From Coriobacteriia bacterium (GTDB taxonomy: Bacteria > Actinomycetota > Coriobacteriia > WRKU01 > WQUG01), in assembly GCA_009778715.1 (NCBI GenBank), contig WRFR01000004.1, positions 1,857 through 65,856 on the forward strand: 64,000 nucleotides of DNA. Reading direction: 5' to 3'. Below are positions 18,898 to 28,589 of this stretch, piece after piece. Numbering within the stretch: position 1 is the first letter of the stretch; every line of letters starts with the position of its first letter. The notes under the pieces were generated by a model. It did not search any database. It was given only the letters and a program-made list of their open reading frames with translations, and had not been told where the DNA came from. Both the position numbers and the translations under genes were made by a program.

Positions 18898-20241
18898 TTA
18901 TCGGGAAGCTTCCAGGGTAGCAATGCACTCAACGTGAGCGGTCTGAGGAAAGAGGTCGACGGGTTGCAGGCAGCACAGTGTGTAGCCCGTTGTCGTGAGA
19001 GCTGCCAGGTCACGGGCAAGAGTGGCAGGGTCGCAGCTGACATAGACGAGCCGTGCCGGGGAGAGGCGGAGAATCTCTGCGCGTGCAGCGGAGGTAAGCC
19101 CCGCGCGGGGAGGGTCGATGACCAGGGCGTCGACTGAGGAGATCCCAGCGCTGTCGCGCCCGACTTCGCCGCCGATAACCTCAGCGCAAAGCCCGGCGTC
19201 GCTTACGTTGCGGCGCAGGTCGCGCAAGGCGGGACCAGAGGACTCGACCGCGACAAGCGAGCCCGCCGCTGCCGCAAGGGGCAGGCTGAACGTGCCGACC
19301 CCGCAGTAGAGATCGGCGATGCGGTCGCTGCCATCTGCCGCGATCTCCTCACAGACGCGCGCGACCAGCAATTCGGCAGCGGAGGTGTTGACCTGAAAAA
19401 ACGATGGCGCGCTGATCTTGTAGGTAAAATTTCCCAGTTGCTCTTCCCAGTAGCCTGCGCCCGCCAACACTTCGACGCCCTTGAACTGAGGCGACGGCGC
19501 TCGGCGTCCCGCGCCGCGCGCAGGGGTTTTCTGCAGGACGCGGACGATGCTCGTGGCGCCCGGGCAGGCGGACTTCAGGGTCTGGGCGACACGGGAGCGG
19601 GGAAAGGTCCCGGGCTCGCTCACTAAGGCGATCTCGAAGGCGCCGGTCCGGCTCGAGTGTCTCAGGGCGACTCGTGACAGGCCAAAGTCAGTCGAGCCCA
19701 GGGCGTAGCGTAGCGCGCCAGATATGGCGCGTATGAGGTCCTTCTGAGGCGCTGAGAAGAGCGGGCACTCATCCGGGCTGACCAGTTCGTTGGAGCCAGC
19801 CCGATGAAACCCCAGCTCAAGGCGGCCTTTATGCAGGCGTGCTTCAAGCTCTATTTTATTGCGATAGCCATACACAACATCGGTGGTGAGCGGTTCCCGC
19901 GTCAGCGTGTCTGCATTATCAAGCTTACCGATGCGCGTGACAGCGTCAGCGACCTCGTCGCGTTTCGCAGCACGGGCCACGTCGATACTCAGATGCTGCC
20001 ACTGACATCCGCCGCAACCCCCCCAGCCAAAGGCGGGGCACCGCGGGTCCTGCCGCAGTGTGCTGGCTTCGACCAGGCGGCTGACATGCCCACGGACGAA
20101 TCGGGGTTTTTCGGTGTCGATCACTACTTCAGCTACATCGCCCGGACAACCGTAGTCGACAAAGGCGGTCCGCCCGTCAGCAAGTTGCCCGATAGCGGCG
20201 CCGCCGGCGCTCAGTCGCTTAAGGGATATCGTTTCGATCAT
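18898..20241 (-). CDS. rlmD: 23S rRNA (uracil-C5)-methyltransferase, RlmD/RumA family (TRAM + [4Fe-4S] + SAM MTase)
   Basis: N-terminal TRAM domain. Cys cluster FGWGGCGGCQWQHL. SAM-MTase motifs DLYCGVGTFSLPLA and VIDPPRAG. Confidence 0.8.
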   Translation of the reverse strand: MIETISLKRLSAGGAAIGQLADGRTAFVDYGCPGDVAEVVIDTEKPRFVRGHVSRLVEASTLRQDPRCPAFGWGGCGGCQWQHLSIDVARAAKRDEVADAVTRIGKLDNADTLTREPLTTDVVYGYRNKIELEARLHKGRLELGFHRAGSNELVSPDECPLFSAPQKDLIRAISGALRYALGSTDFGLSRVALRHSSRTGAFEIALVSEPGTFPRSRVAQTLKSACPGATSIVRVLQKTPARGAGRRAPSPQFKGVEVLAGAGYWEEQLGNFTYKISAPSFFQVNTSAAELLVARVCEEIAADGSDRIADLYCGVGTFSLPLAAAAGSLVAVESSGPALRDLRRNVSDAGLCAEVIGGEVGRDSAGISSVDALVIDPPRAGLTSAARAEILRLSPARLVYVSCDPATLARDLAALTTTGYTLCCLQPVDLFPQTAHVECIATLEASR

Positions 20242-20344
20242 CCACTCATATTAACAGAGCGGCCGCTCTTTAGCAGAAAACGTGATACTATTACTTAAAA
20301 CTAAACCTGTTGTGTAGGGCAGGTGAGTCAGAGAGGAGTCGACT

Positions 20345-20521
20345 ATGTCAGTACCTGTGGTGAATAAGGATATATGCACGGCATGTGGTACCTGCGTCGA
20401 TGATTGCCCGAACGGCTGTTACGACCTTGGAGATACTGCGGTACTTGCGCGTCCCGACGATTGCATCGAATGCGGGATTTGTGTTGATGACTGTCCTAGT
20501 GGCGCCATAACCATGGACTAG
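20345..20521 (+). CDS. 2x[4Fe-4S] ferredoxin (58 aa; not in the ORF track)
   Basis: Sequence is MSVPVVNKDICTACGTCVDDCPNGCYDLGDTAVLARPDDCIECGICVDDCPSGAITMD, with two CxxCxxCxxxCP motifs. RBS GAGAGGAG at ~20330. Confidence 0.8.
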   Translation: MSVPVVNKDICTACGTCVDDCPNGCYDLGDTAVLARPDDCIECGICVDDCPSGAITMD

Positions 20522-20526
20522 CATGA

Positions 20527-20595
20527 GACGAGCCTAAACGCCGCCTGGGGTCGTTCCCGCAAAAGCCCCTCGTTATTGAGGGGCTTTTGCTATTG
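20527..20595. repeat. family-1 repeat element, truncated copy B (5' module only) fused to the fdx/kinase terminator
   Basis: gacgagcctaaacgccgcctggggtcgttcccgcaaaagc matches the first 40 nt of copy A (35/40 identical). Begins 5 nt after the ferredoxin stop. Confidence 0.6.
20563..20590. terminator. bidirectional rho-independent terminator between fdx (+) and the lipid kinase (-)
   Basis: Hairpin gcccctc-gttattg-gaggggc followed by TTTTGC on the plus strand, with A-rich 5' flank for the minus strand. It abuts the stop of the minus-strand kinase gene. Confidence 0.6.
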
Positions 20596-21507
20596 GGGGA
20601 CGATGACCCGGAGGGCGGCAGGCACGATCCCAACTTCGAAATGATCGGCAGAGAACACCTCACCGTCCGTCTGAGCGATGACGGATGTTTCACCGACGGT
20701 GCTGATGTGCATGCTCTTGCAATCGCGGCTCTCAAATTCCTTGATGATCCCCTGTTTGGCGAAGAGTAGAAGCGGCAGGCTACTGACGAACTTCGGCTTG
20801 CTGACGTCGGCCACGATCGAGCTTGCAAGCAGGCCGTCATCAGGTTTCGCCTTGGGGTTGATACGGATGCCACCACCATAGGTCTGCCCGTTGGTCGTGG
20901 CGCAGAGCATCACTTCCCGCTCGCGCGTAGGCTCCCCGTCGTAGGCGATCCGGAGCTTGGTCGAGTGAAAATTACGGAACGCCGTGTAGATCAGCGCACG
21001 TACATAGAGCGCCAGGCCAGCGCTATGGGGATGGTTTTTGTATTCGGCGGTCTTTGCGACGACCAGGGCGTCCAATCCGACCGAGAAGCTGCTGAAGAAG
21101 AAGTGGTCGTTGCAGGTTCCCACGTCGAAGGAGCGCTCACGGCCGGCCTGCAGGACGGGAAACGCGCGGGAAAGCCCCGTGGGAATGCCGGTAAGCCTTG
21201 CGATGTCGTTGCCAGAGCCGCTCGGGATGATGCCGAGTGTCGGACGCTGGCCTGCTTCGATCTGCATCAACCCCGTGACGACTTCGCTGATCGTGCCATC
21301 ACCGCCGACGGCGACCACGCGTGTGGCTCCCGCCTGAGCGCTCTCCCAGGCAAGTGTAGTGGCATGGCTGGAGGCTTCGGTGACCAGAACGTCAGCGTCT
21401 TCTTCAGCGAAGAGGCTGCGCACGGTGTCGACCAGGCGCTCGGTAACACCATGTTGGGCATTGGGGTTGATGATGACGCGCGTAGCAGGCATACGGCTCT
21501 CTTTCAA
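20590..21507 (-). CDS. diacylglycerol kinase-family lipid kinase (YegS/DagK/BmrU)
   Basis: DAGK_cat motifs VVAVGGDGTISEV and LGIIPSGSGNDIARLTG. Confidence 0.8.
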   Translation of the reverse strand: MKESRMPATRVIINPNAQHGVTERLVDTVRSLFAEEDADVLVTEASSHATTLAWESAQAGATRVVAVGGDGTISEVVTGLMQIEAGQRPTLGIIPSGSGNDIARLTGIPTGLSRAFPVLQAGRERSFDVGTCNDHFFFSSFSVGLDALVVAKTAEYKNHPHSAGLALYVRALIYTAFRNFHSTKLRIAYDGEPTREREVMLCATTNGQTYGGGIRINPKAKPDDGLLASSIVADVSKPKFVSSLPLLLFAKQGIIKEFESRDCKSMHISTVGETSVIAQTDGEVFSADHFEVGIVPAALRVIVPQ

Positions 21508-21647
21508 AGGAATGCAAGATCAGATCAGTCAACAGGCTCCAGGTCCAGGCGCAGGGATTTCTTCGTAGAAGCCCCGAAGGATGGTTCGAAACGGCCTGAG
21601 GGCCTTGAGAACCAGCCTGAGCGGCTTATACGGAAAAAGACCAAGCC

Positions 21648-21724
21648 TGGTGCCCTCAACAGGATTCGAACCTGCGGCCTTCTGCTCCGGAGGCAGACGC
21701 TCTATCCATCTGAGCTATGAGGGC
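21648..21724 (-). tRNA. tRNA-Arg (anticodon CCG)
   Basis: Reverse complement is GCCCTCATAGCTCAGATGGATAGAGCGTCTGCCTCCGGAGCAGAAGGCCGCAGGTTCGAATCCTGTTGAGGGCACCA. 7-bp acceptor, D stem GCTC/GAGC, anticodon loop CTCCGGA, T-loop TTCGAAT and encoded CCA are present. Confidence 0.9.
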
Positions 21725-21922
21725 ATATCCGTCGGCTTTTTATTATACGACATGCCGTCTCACCGTCGCATCGGGTGCGATTAGTGCTTAATTTGTGCAA
21801 AGAGGGGTCGCGTTGCTGTGTTGTTGCTTTATACTGGACAAGGTAGATTAAGGTTCACGGAGACCCCTGTGTCTCCGGGGAACTCTTTATGTCCTGATGT
21901 TACAGATGAACAGGAGGCTGGA

Positions 21923-23983
21923 ATGGCAGACGCCGCAGGTGCCAAACTCAGAAATGTCGTCCTTGTTGGCCATGGAGGAGCGGGGACTACTTCGCTTGCC
22001 GAGGCTCTTCTTCATTACACGAAGGCGACGCCTCGCCTGGGCAATGTTGACGCCGGGCAAAGCAACCTTGACTATGACAGCGAGGAGATCGAGCGTAAGT
22101 TTACGATCAACCTCTCGCTCGCGCCGCTCACTTACAAAGGGGTCAAGGTCAACCTTATCGACACGCCGGGCTACGCCGACTTCATTGGTGACGCCATCGC
22201 GGGTATGCGCGCAGCAGAGATCGCGCTGTTTGTGGTCGACGCGGTCGGCGGGCCGCAGGTCACGACCGATCGCCTCTGGCAGATAGCTGGCGAGATGGGT
22301 ATCCCGCGCGCGATCTTCGTCAACCGCATGGACAAGGAGCACGCCGACTACTCGGAGACATTCGCGAAACTGCGCTCCCGTTACGGCAAGGCCGTGGTTC
22401 CCGTGCAGATCCCGATTGGCGCTGAGGAGAATCTTGAAGGTGTGGTCGACGTGATCCGCCAGCAGGCGTTCTATCATAAAGATCCTGAGAAGGCCTGCGA
22501 GATCCCAGCTGACATGCAGGAACGCGCGTCCAAGGCGCGCGAAGCGCTGGTCGACAGCACGGCTGACGCTGATGAAGAGCTGATGATGAAGTACCTGGAG
22601 GGTGAGGAGATCACGCTTGAGGAGCTCGACAGCCTGCTGGGTGTGGCGGTTACGGCAGGCACGGTCGTACCCGTCTTTGCCGGATCAGCTGCAAAGATGG
22701 CCGGTATCGATGACTTACTCCAGGCAATCGTTGACTACTTTCCCAAGCCGGGCGAAGGGCCGAAGTTCCCGCTGGCAGACGGCAGCGACTTTGACGCCAG
22801 CACGGCTTCTGGTTTTACCGGATTTGTGTTCAAGACGCTCAGCGACCCCTATGTAGGACGCCTGAGCTTTGTGAAGGTGCTTTCTGGTAGCGTCAAGGAT
22901 GGCGACGACTTCATTGATTCGCGTACTGGCGATAAAGAGCGCGCCTCTCATGTGGTCACGATGGTCGGCAAGGAGACAAAGAGCCTCACGGGGACCGTGG
23001 CTACGGGCGACATCGTTGTGTTGCCCAAGCTTGGCTCCGTTTTGACCAACGATACGCTCTCAACGACCGGCAAGGTGGCGCTTGCGCCGATGCCGTTTCC
23101 GGAGGCGCTCTATCCGGTGGCCATTGTGGCCAAGACCAAGGCTGATGAGGATAAGCTGGGGACTGCCCTGAAGACGATCGTCGAGGAGAATCCCACCGTC
23201 GAGCTGGAACGCAATGAAGAGACCCATCAGACCGTGCTCAAGACCTACGGGGATACCGCAGTCGACGTCATCGTCGCACGTTTAAAGGATCGCTATCACG
23301 TGGAGACGGAGCTTGATGAGCTGCGCATCCCGTATCGCGAGACCATCCGTAAGGTCGCCCAGGCACAGGGGCGCCACAAGAAGCAGAGCGGTGGTTCGGG
23401 GCAGTTTGGCGATTGCTGGCTGCGCCTTGAGCCTAACCCGGGCGGCGGTTTTGAGTTCCTCGATGAGGTCGTAGGCGGCAGGATCCCGCGCCAGTTCATC
23501 CCAGCGGTCGACCGTGGGGTGCAGGAGACCATGACGCAGGGCGTCATCGCCGGCTATCCCGTGGTCGACGTGAAAGTGGCAGTCTATGATGGCAGCTACC
23601 ATGCGGTCGATAGTAACGAGATGGCTTTCCGCTCGGCGGCCCGTATCGGGTTCCGCGCGGCTGCGGCGCTGGCCTCTCCCGTTATCCTCGAACCGATGGC
23701 GAGCCTGACCATCACGGTACCCGACGAGTATGCGGGCGCGGTCATGGGCGATATCAGCAGCCTGCGCGGCCGGGTGCTCGGTATGGGCGCCGGCGCGGCG
23801 GGCATGCAGGAGATCAAAGCGATGGCGCCTTATGCGGAGGTCGCGAACTACTCGCCCCACCTGCGCTCGCTTTCCCATGGCACCGGCATCTACACGATCG
23901 AGCTGGAAGGCTATGAGCAGGTGCCTGGTGAGGTACAGAAGCAGTTGATCGCCGACTATGAGGCGTCCAGGGCGCACGACTAA
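21923..23983 (+). CDS. elongation factor G-like GTPase-fold paralog with degenerate nucleotide-binding motifs
   Basis: AGGAGG RBS at 21911-21916 before ATG 21923. EF-G domain order with G3 motif DTPGYADF. The P-loop reads GHGGAGTTS (Lys replaced) and G4 reads NRMD instead of NKxD. C-terminal EF-G IV/V-like domains are present. Confidence 0.7.
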   Translation: MADAAGAKLRNVVLVGHGGAGTTSLAEALLHYTKATPRLGNVDAGQSNLDYDSEEIERKFTINLSLAPLTYKGVKVNLIDTPGYADFIGDAIAGMRAAEIALFVVDAVGGPQVTTDRLWQIAGEMGIPRAIFVNRMDKEHADYSETFAKLRSRYGKAVVPVQIPIGAEENLEGVVDVIRQQAFYHKDPEKACEIPADMQERASKAREALVDSTADADEELMMKYLEGEEITLEELDSLLGVAVTAGTVVPVFAGSAAKMAGIDDLLQAIVDYFPKPGEGPKFPLADGSDFDASTASGFTGFVFKTLSDPYVGRLSFVKVLSGSVKDGDDFIDSRTGDKERASHVVTMVGKETKSLTGTVATGDIVVLPKLGSVLTNDTLSTTGKVALAPMPFPEALYPVAIVAKTKADEDKLGTALKTIVEENPTVELERNEETHQTVLKTYGDTAVDVIVARLKDRYHVETELDELRIPYRETIRKVAQAQGRHKKQSGGSGQFGDCWLRLEPNPGGGFEFLDEVVGGRIPRQFIPAVDRGVQETMTQGVIAGYPVVDVKVAVYDGSYHAVDSNEMAFRSAARIGFRAAAALASPVILEPMASLTITVPDEYAGAVMGDISSLRGRVLGMGAGAAGMQEIKAMAPYAEVANYSPHLRSLSHGTGIYTIELEGYEQVPGEVQKQLIADYEASRAHD

Positions 23984-24017
23984 GGCCAAGTGAGATAAAG
24001 ATTAAGCGAGACTAACG

Positions 24018-25451
24018 GTGGACAGGACAAAATACGAAGCAGCACATCAGCTCTATCAGGAGCAGAACTATCGGAAAGCAGCGCGGCTTTTTCTGGAAGC
24101 AGCCGATGAGGGAACCCCCCTTGACAACGGGCTAACCTACCACGGCGCTGGCAACTGTTTTATGCGATTGAAGCGCTACCACGATGCGATCGTTGTCTAT
24201 GAGCAGGCCTTGCGCGACGACAGCTACCAGAAGCGGGGCACGGTCGAGAACAACCTTGCCAACGCCTATCTGCAGAACGGCGACTTCAGTCAGGCGATCG
24301 CGCATTTTGAGGCGGCGTTGGCTGAGAGTACGATGTATGAGCCCTACAAGTGCTATCAGGGGCTTGCTCATGCTTACTTTGAGCAGCAAGCCTACGAACA
24401 GGCGGCCTTAGCTTATAAGAACGCCGCCCTCGATGAGCGCAACTCGAACCCCGGTGCGTCGCTTGTCAATCTTGGGCTATGCATGATGGCTTTGGGACGA
24501 CCGGAGTCTGCGGTAGAAGCCTACAGCGCGGCACTGGGCGTCGAGAACTATCCAAACCGTGGTAAAGCCTTGGCGAACCTGGGGATGGCTTACTACGCGT
24601 GCGGGGACTATGTGCGTGCGAAACGGGCGCTAGAAGAAGCACAGGTCATGCACCACTACCAGCTAAACCCCGCTGCAGTTGGGGTGCTGGTAACCTGTCA
24701 GGAGAAGTTGGCTGCCCAGCCAGATGAGGTTGAGGGTGCAATGCCTGATGAGCCAGTAGCCGCAGCTGGAGCTCCTGCCGAGCCAGCCGTATCAGACGCG
24801 ACTGAAGAGGGAAGGGCCGAGGCGTCGGAAGAGGCGCCACTTGCAGGCGCAGATGTTGAGCCTGCGGACCCGGCTGCTCCCCTGGCGGCGGCCACCGGTG
24901 CGGAGCAGCAAGCGGCGGCGGAGCCGGGCGCCTCAGTTGAGCCAGAACCTGGCAAAGCACGGGCAGAACAGGATACTGGACAGGTCGGCCCCCTTGAAGA
25001 GGTCGACGCGTTTTATGAGCTCTCTGAAAAGGAGATCACAAAACGCAGCAAACAGGAACTGAAGCGCAAGCGGGGTGTGTGGCGTTGGCTGAAGCCGGTG
25101 CTCATCGTGCTGCTTGTTCTTGTGATCCTTGCCGGAGCGGCTGTGGCATTTTTCAGTACGGGCTTTGGTGTCCCTTCTATCAATAACACGATCACAAGCA
25201 TGTTCGCTGCCTATAAAGCGTCCGGAGACTATGAGAGTCATTGGGTCGCGGGTTCCCAGAATATTGACCGGCAGATGGCGGCGATACCTCCCAAGGCCGA
25301 TGTTTCAGTCAACACGATCGCTCCCAGTATGTTATCGAGCTCAGCCCAGGTAACGGTTGTCGACAACGCTTCAATGAACCTTAAATTTACGGTTATCTGC
25401 AAGCGGGTCGGCTTGGGTTGGAAAGTGTCTTCGGTCACAGGCGATTACTGA
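24018..25451 (+). CDS. TPR-repeat protein with acidic Ala/Glu/Pro-rich linker, single TM helix and small extracytoplasmic C-terminal domain
   Basis: Repeated TPR-like Y..A......A...Y periodicity in the N-terminal 230 aa. TM segment WRWLKPVLIVLLVLVILAGAAVAFF. Confidence 0.65.
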   Translation: MDRTKYEAAHQLYQEQNYRKAARLFLEAADEGTPLDNGLTYHGAGNCFMRLKRYHDAIVVYEQALRDDSYQKRGTVENNLANAYLQNGDFSQAIAHFEAALAESTMYEPYKCYQGLAHAYFEQQAYEQAALAYKNAALDERNSNPGASLVNLGLCMMALGRPESAVEAYSAALGVENYPNRGKALANLGMAYYACGDYVRAKRALEEAQVMHHYQLNPAAVGVLVTCQEKLAAQPDEVEGAMPDEPVAAAGAPAEPAVSDATEEGRAEASEEAPLAGADVEPADPAAPLAAATGAEQQAAAEPGASVEPEPGKARAEQDTGQVGPLEEVDAFYELSEKEITKRSKQELKRKRGVWRWLKPVLIVLLVLVILAGAAVAFFSTGFGVPSINNTITSMFAAYKASGDYESHWVAGSQNIDRQMAAIPPKADVSVNTIAPSMLSSSAQVTVVDNASMNLKFTVICKRVGLGWKVSSVTGDY

Positions 25452-25479
25452 TCACTAAGAAAATGAAAGGACTATCCTT

Positions 25480-25884
25480 ATGACAGAAACCACGTATGTG
25501 ATGATCAAGCCTGACGCAGTCGCTTCGGGAAAGATCGGTAGGATCATCAGTCGCTTTGAAGATGCAGGCCTTACGATCGAGCGCCTGGAGATGGGCATCC
25601 TGACGCGCGAACAAGCTGAAGGCAATTATGGGGAACATAAAGGCAAACCGTTCTATGAGGGGCTCATCTCCTATATCACGTCCGGTCCAGTTGTAAAGAT
25701 GGCGATCTCTGGTGAGGGAGCGGTCAAAAAATGCCGCACCTTGATGGGGCCGACCAATCCGGCCGAAGCAGCTCCTGGCACGATCCGGGGGGATTTCGGG
25801 CTTGTGACCGACGCCAATGTCATTCACGGGTCGGACAGTCCTGAGTCAGCGGCTCGCGAGGTTGCTCTCTTCTTCGGCGCCTGA
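25480..25884 (+). CDS. ndk: nucleoside diphosphate kinase
   Basis: Motifs TYVMIKPDAV and NVIHGSD (active-site His). 134 aa. Confidence 0.95.
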   Translation: MTETTYVMIKPDAVASGKIGRIISRFEDAGLTIERLEMGILTREQAEGNYGEHKGKPFYEGLISYITSGPVVKMAISGEGAVKKCRTLMGPTNPAEAAPGTIRGDFGLVTDANVIHGSDSPESAAREVALFFGA

Positions 25885-25985
25885 CGCGTCTAAACGCCGT
25901 CCGGCATTGCTCTCGCAGAACGCGCGCGCTTTAAGCCCGCTACGTTTTGCGGCGCCTTGTCAGCGGATGTTTACCTTGCATCAGG
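25883..25985. repeat. family-1 repeat element, copy C, overlapping the ndk stop codon
   Basis: gacgcgtctaaacgccgtccggcattgctctcgcagaacgcgcgcgctttaagcccgctacgttttgcggcgccttgtcagcggatgtttacc. Same module order as copy A, with compensatory changes in the inner hairpin (gcgcgctttaagcccgc). Confidence 0.65.
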
Positions 25986-26087
25986 TAGTGTATGCCGGTA
26001 ACAGCTCTAGAACACTTTACAGCGCTCCCAGAATCTTCAGGTGATAATTATATATACTCACGCAATGAAACGGAGTAGGAGACCTGT

Positions 26088-27128
26088 GTGTCACTAAGCG
26101 ATATGTTCTTCAAATCTATGGGTACCGATATTGCTGTCGATCTTGGGACGGCTAATACCCTTGTTTCGGTGCGCGGAAAAGGCATCGTCCTGATAGAGCC
26201 TTCAGTGGTCGCTATCGAGCAGGATACCGGTCGCGTACTGGCGGTTGGCAAAGAGGCCAAGCGCATGATCGGGCGTACGCCTGGCTCGATCGTCGCTACC
26301 CGCCCACTCAAGGATGGCGTCATCGCTGACTTCAATGTGACCGAGGCCATGCTTCGTTATTTCATTAACCGGGTTCGTGAACCCAAATTCTTGTTCCAGC
26401 CAAAACCCCGCGTCGTGGTCTGTGTTCCCTCCGGGGTGACCGAGGTCGAAAAGCGCGCCGTTTTCGAGGCCGCGATGACAGCGGGCGCCCGGCATGCGTT
26501 CCTGATCGAAGAGCCTATGGCAGCTGCTATTGGCGCCGGCCTCCCGATCCAGGATCCTACTGGTTCGATGGTGGTCGATATCGGCGGCGGCACGACTGAG
26601 ATCGCGGTCATCAGCCTGGGAGGCATCGTTGTTTCGACCAGCCTGCGAATCGCTGGTGATGAGTTTGACGAGGCGATAGTCGACTATGTGAAACGTGCTT
26701 ACAATGTGTTGATTGGCGAACGTACCGCAGAAGAGATCAAGTTCGAGATCGGGAGCGCGTATCCCCTTGATGAGGAGGTCGACGTTGAGGTGCGTGGTCG
26801 TGACCTGACCACGGGCCTGCCGGTCACGATCACGATGGAAAGCGAAGAGATTCGTGATGCAATCGAAGGACCGATCAGCGCGATACTTGACGCCATGAAG
26901 CGTACGCTCGAGAAAACCCCGCCCGAGCTGTCCAGCGATCTGATGGAGTTCGGGGTGGTTCTCACCGGGGGCGGCGCACTGTTGCGCGGCCTTGATGAGC
27001 GCCTGAAGGTAGAAACGAAAATGCCGGTCTACGTATCGGAAAGTGCTTTAATAAACGTCGTCAACGGTTCAGCCCAAGCTCTTGAAGAGATCGATGTGCT
27101 GAAGAAAGTCCTGCAGGGCACACACTAG
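26088..27128 (+). CDS. mreB: rod shape-determining protein MreB
   Basis: Actin-fold motifs [20 protein letters not shown] and [13 protein letters not shown]. Confidence 0.95.
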   Translation: MSLSDMFFKSMGTDIAVDLGTANTLVSVRGKGIVLIEPSVVAIEQDTGRVLAVGKEAKRMIGRTPGSIVATRPLKDGVIADFNVTEAMLRYFINRVREPKFLFQPKPRVVVCVPSGVTEVEKRAVFEAAMTAGARHAFLIEEPMAAAIGAGLPIQDPTGSMVVDIGGGTTEIAVISLGGIVVSTSLRIAGDEFDEAIVDYVKRAYNVLIGERTAEEIKFEIGSAYPLDEEVDVEVRGRDLTTGLPVTITMESEEIRDAIEGPISAILDAMKRTLEKTPPELSSDLMEFGVVLTGGGALLRGLDERLKVETKMPVYVSESALINVVNGSAQALEEIDVLKKVLQGTH

Positions 27129-27144
27129 CGGGGGATTGATGTAG

Positions 27145-28041
27145 ATGCCCCCCCTGAAAATCTCTCCTTCAGAAAAGAAGAAACGCCCATATCTCTGGTT
27201 GATAGTGATGGTGGTCCTTTCGCTGGCGCTCATCACCATCTATGCGCGCGAGGACAACGGGGGACCCTTGCATAGCATTCGCGTGGCAGTTCAGACGACG
27301 ATCACTCCGGTGGGGCAGGCGGGAAAGTGGGGCACGACGCCCCTGCGTGACTTTGCAGCCTGGACCGCCGGCCTGGGGACCTCGCGCAGTGAGCTGGAGA
27401 GCCTGCGCACCCAGAACGCGGCGCTCAGGGCCCAGATAGTCGAGCTTCAGGAAGCCGCCAAAAACGCCAGCGCCCAGGCAGCCTTGGGTAAGATCGCGAC
27501 TGCCACGGGCTATAAAGGGGTGAACGCTGACGTTATCGGGCTTCCGGTCAGCCAGTGGCAACAGGTCATTGTCGTCAATGCCGGAAGCTCCAAAGGGATC
27601 AAGGTTGAAATGCCGGTGCTCGGAGCCAATGGATTGCTCGGCCAGGTCATCGAGGTCGGCCCAAACTATTCAAAAGTGCGCCTGATCACCGATCAGGAAA
27701 GCGGGATCGCGTCATATCTGCAGAACAACCGGGCGCAGGGGATCACTCGTGGGTCGCTTTCCGGGGATCTGACCATGAATTTCGTCAGTATGGAAGCGAC
27801 CGTCACAGCTGGAGACACCGTGATCACGAGCGGTCTGGGGGGCGTGTTCCCAAAAGGGCTTATCATTGGTCAGGTATCCAAGGTTAGCAAAGAAATCAAC
27901 AGTCTATACAAGACCATTCAGGTGCAACCTGCAAACGATATGGCGCAGGTCGAGAAAGTCATTATTTTGACTAACACACCCCCGGATACCAATAACCTGC
28001 CCAAACCGGTGGCTTCCGCTGGTTCACAGGGAGGCAATTGA
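27145..28041 (+). CDS. mreC: rod shape-determining protein MreC
   Basis: N-terminal TM helix, coiled-coil region and C-terminal beta-rich domain. Sits between mreB and mreD. Confidence 0.85.
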   Translation: MPPLKISPSEKKKRPYLWLIVMVVLSLALITIYAREDNGGPLHSIRVAVQTTITPVGQAGKWGTTPLRDFAAWTAGLGTSRSELESLRTQNAALRAQIVELQEAAKNASAQAALGKIATATGYKGVNADVIGLPVSQWQQVIVVNAGSSKGIKVEMPVLGANGLLGQVIEVGPNYSKVRLITDQESGIASYLQNNRAQGITRGSLSGDLTMNFVSMEATVTAGDTVITSGLGGVFPKGLIIGQVSKVSKEINSLYKTIQVQPANDMAQVEKVIILTNTPPDTNNLPKPVASAGSQGGN

Positions 28042-28589
28042 TGCTTACTCTCAACAATAAGGTCCTTACTGCGATCGCTGCCTTGCTTGTTGCGTTTCTT
28101 TTACAGGTTGCAGTTGGTCCCTATATCGCGATCATGTCGGTCCGCCCTAATTTCCTTCTGATCGTCACGATCATCATGGCATTGGTAAACGGGCCAGTCG
28201 AAGGTGTGTTTGTTGGTTTTGCGGCGGGCATCCTGCTGGATCTGCTGGGTACCGGGCCCTTCGGCCCGGCGGCACTTGTCATGTGCGTCGTTGGCTATCT
28301 TGCGGGCGTCTTGCATGAGCGCATTTTTGCGCAGGGATGGTTGCTGCCGGTTCTGGTGCTTGCTGCGAGCAGCCTTCTCAATGAGATCCTGTACCTTATT
28401 GCACAGATATCACTGGGGCAGAGGATGAGCTTTTTTTCAGCGCTTCTTACCAAGGCCATCCCGACTGTGCTCTATACCACGCTGGTGGCAGTGATCGTGT
28501 TCCCTGTCGTTTCACGCTTGCTGCGCGAAAAACCGACCATGGCAACCGTGCGTCACCTGCCCCGAAGTTTTGGAGGCAAGTATGAGTGA
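28038..28589 (+). CDS. mreD: rod shape-determining protein MreD
   Basis: Small polytopic membrane protein overlapping mreC and mrdA in conserved order. Confidence 0.75.
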   Translation: MMLTLNNKVLTAIAALLVAFLLQVAVGPYIAIMSVRPNFLLIVTIIMALVNGPVEGVFVGFAAGILLDLLGTGPFGPAALVMCVVGYLAGVLHERIFAQGWLLPVLVLAASSLLNEILYLIAQISLGQRMSFFSALLTKAIPTVLYTTLVAVIVFPVVSRLLREKPTMATVRHLPRSFGGKYE

